Shown: positions 54,783-56,648 of the stretch, piece after piece
Layout: each line of letters begins with the position of its first letter
Position numbering within the stretch: position 1 is the first letter of the stretch
IMG/VR virus record: IMGVR_UViG_3300048834_000930
Location: 1-56,648 of that record
Reading direction: 5' to 3' (one strand)
Source: a virus
Lineage: Duplodnaviria; Caudoviricetes
DNA: 56,648 nucleotides
Notes under the pieces: generated by a model
Seen by the model: the letters and a program-made list of their open reading frames with translations, nothing else
Told to the model about the DNA's origin: nothing
The model's database searches: none
Translations under genes and position numbers: made by a program

Positions 54783-54916
54783 TCGTCGAGCTGGCAACGG
54801 AGGGTCTCGGGTCGGTCGCTGAATTGGAAGCGATGGAGCCTGAGGCTCTCAATTTTTATGGGCGGGCACTGGGGCGCGTGTATGGGCGTCGAGCAAAGCG
54901 AGGGAATCAATCATGA
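54693..54916 (+). other. -1 programmed frameshift site and extension of the tail chaperone
   Basis: GTA AAA AAA AAT slippery run; -1 frame open to TGA at 54914-54916 (...WCELVVELATEGLGSVAELEAMEPEALNFY...). Confidence 0.8.
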
Positions 54917-56648
54917 GCGAAAACAGCAAACGAGCAGAGTTTGAACTTGCGTTTCTTTACGACCCCGAAAGCGCCAAAAGGGCTGCTGCCGACGTCGAGG
55001 CACTCAAGAAGGCGATGGACGAGCTTGGCAGGAAGAACGCCAAGGCAGCAAGTTCGGCCAATGCCACAGGGGCGCGCGGCGGTGCCCAGCGGGTCAAGAC
55101 CGCGGAGCAAGAGCTTGCCATTCAGGCCAAGGCGCAAAAGCGCGATCAGAAACGGCGTGACGACTATGTGAACTCGCTTGAAAAGGAGTTCAAGGCCAGG
55201 GACCGCGAGGGCGAGAAGCGGGTGCGGGAGGTCAACAAACTGCGCGAGGCAGAGGAGAAGATCGCCGAAAGGCAATCGAAAGAGACGGAGCGCGAGGCGA
55301 AGGCCGTCGAGCAACGGGCAAAGCGGACTCAAAAAGAAATCGAAGCAATCGAGAAGCGGGCGACAAAGGAACAGGAACGCGCCGACAAAGCCCGCCATCG
55401 CGAAGAATTGCAGGCAACGAAACGAGTGACCGCCGAGCAGCTTCGCGAGAATCGACGGATCGACCAGGAGCGCCGTGCAAGTGAACGCCGGGCGCTGGCC
55501 CACGAGCGGCAAATTGCTCGGATTAAAGAACGAACGGAGAAGGCCGAGTGGCGGCACAACCTTCGAATGCAGGCGAAGCGCGACGGAATGGTTCGCGAAG
55601 GCATCTCGCGGGCTGGATCTGGCATTCGGACCGGGCTGATGCGTGCGGGTGCGGGGACCTTGGCTGCGGGGGCGCTGGGGGTGCAGGCGCACTTGGAGAT
55701 GTCGAAGTCGACGGCGGAGATTCAGACGCTCAAGCCTGGGTTTACTGAGGAAGAATCCAAGAAGATGATCAAGGATGGCATGGCGACGTACGGTGGCGAC
55801 ACTGGCACGACTGGCAAGGCGATTTACGATATAGTTTCGGCAGGTTACGGGAACTCGCTTCAACAAACGCAAGATGTTTTCGATGCAGCATCGGCCCTCG
55901 CTGTCGGTGGCGTCACTGATGTTTCGACGGCGGCCGACGGCTTGACGAGTGCGCTCAATGCTTGGAAGGATAAAGGTTATTCGGCAACGGACGTGACCGA
56001 TCAGTTCTTTCAGGCGGTCAAGTTGGGCAAAACCACAGTTAGCGAGCTATCTGGTGCAATCGGGACGTTTGCTCCGATGGCACAGTCTGCGGGCGTGGAC
56101 CTCTCTGAGAGTATGGCGGTGATCGTAGAGGTGACGAAACAGGGCGTGAAGTCGGCATCGGCCGCGAGTGGCCTTCGCCAGATGATCAAGTCGATCACAA
56201 GCCCGACGAAACAGGCGGAGGATGCTGCGAAATCGATGGGGATTAAAGTTGGCGCATCGGCCATTCGAGACGCTGGCGGGCTCGATTCTTGGCTGTCCGC
56301 GATGATGAACTCGAAGAAGTTCAGCGAGGACAAGATGAGCGACATATTCTCCGATGTGGACGGCCGTGTCATCGTCGATGCCCTTCGATCGCTGGGAAAA
56401 GGCGGATTTGCGACAGCCGTGGCGAATCAGCGGGGGGCAGGTGGGGCGACGAAGGCCGCGGTCGACACGATGATGAATTCGGATTACATGCGGGCGCAAA
56501 AGATTATGGGAGAGGTCAAGGTCGCGCTCGTCGAATTTGGCGAGGCGCTGATGCCTTTGGTGAGGGATGTCATGCCGGGTGTGACCAAGGGGATCCAGGA
56601 TTTTAGATCGTGGCTTGAGAGTCCGGAAAATCGTGAGTTTCTCGCAAG
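54913..56648 (+). CDS. tape measure protein (TP901-type core), truncated at window end
   Basis: Translated by hand from ATG 54913: MSENSKRAEFEL...; AIYDIVSAG...ALAVGGVTDVSTAAD...AVKLGKTT...GL; open to the end. Confidence 0.92.
   Translation, partial: MSENSKRAEFELAFLYDPESAKRAAADVEALKKAMDELGRKNAKAASSANATGARGGAQRVKTAEQELAIQAKAQKRDQKRRDDYVNSLEKEFKARDREGEKRVREVNKLREAEEKIAERQSKETEREAKAVEQRAKRTQKEIEAIEKRATKEQERADKARHREELQATKRVTAEQLRENRRIDQERRASERRALAHERQIARIKERTEKAEWRHNLRMQAKRDGMVREGISRAGSGIRTGLMRAGAGTLAAGALGVQAHLEMSKSTAEIQTLKPGFTEEESKKMIKDGMATYGGDTGTTGKAIYDIVSAGYGNSLQQTQDVFDAASALAVGGVTDVSTAADGLTSALNAWKDKGYSATDVTDQFFQAVKLGKTTVSELSGAIGTFAPMAQSAGVDLSESMAVIVEVTKQGVKSASAASGLRQMIKSITSPTKQAEDAAKSMGIKVGASAIRDAGGLDSWLSAMMNSKKFSEDKMSDIFSDVDGRVIVDALRSLGKGGFATAVANQRGAGGATKAAVDTMMNSDYMRAQKIMGEVKVALVEFGEALMPLVRDVMPGVTKGIQDFRSWLESPENREFLA

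Noticed and set aside
3865-56499. Many long antisense or alternative-frame ORFs (e.g. 3865-4845, 25311-26354, 45955-47058, 52576-53574, 54907-55872)
   Set aside because: Shadows of GC-rich coding genes with no motifs; only the methyltransferase alternative frame carries a recognisable motif

Overview
Most of a temperate, contractile-tailed (myovirus-type) phage genome, apparently circularly permuted. The Mu-like head and tail operon runs from 44097 to the window end, where the tape measure gene is cut off, and resumes at 3745 with the DNA-circulation, baseplate and fibre genes. There is no Mu transposase. Instead a tyrosine integrase sits beside an intact attP-like site (3' half of tRNA-Arg(CCG) with arm repeats on both sides), followed by lambdoid-style recombination (YqaJ, SSB) and replication (initiator plus DnaC-like) modules. 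The host may be a GC-rich Myxococcota/deltaproteobacterium (weak inference from SSB style). Most striking non-standard elements: (1) a cas-less type I-G-like repeat-spacer-repeat mini-array with its own promoter and terminator (2805-2990), at the end of an XRE-HTH-controlled cluster of small unknown genes, a candidate protein plus RNA anti-CRISPR locus; (2) a CCTTGAWT-like box 39-42 nt upstream of ten start codons, implying leaderless transcripts with about 22-nt spacing; (3) a thrice-repeated intergenic hairpin motif; (4) two aberrant tRNA-like RNAs; (5) tandem 2TM plus Pro-rich peptide cassettes; (6) a C5 methyltransferase apparently split across two overlapping frames. All family assignments are from motif recognition by eye; no searches were run.
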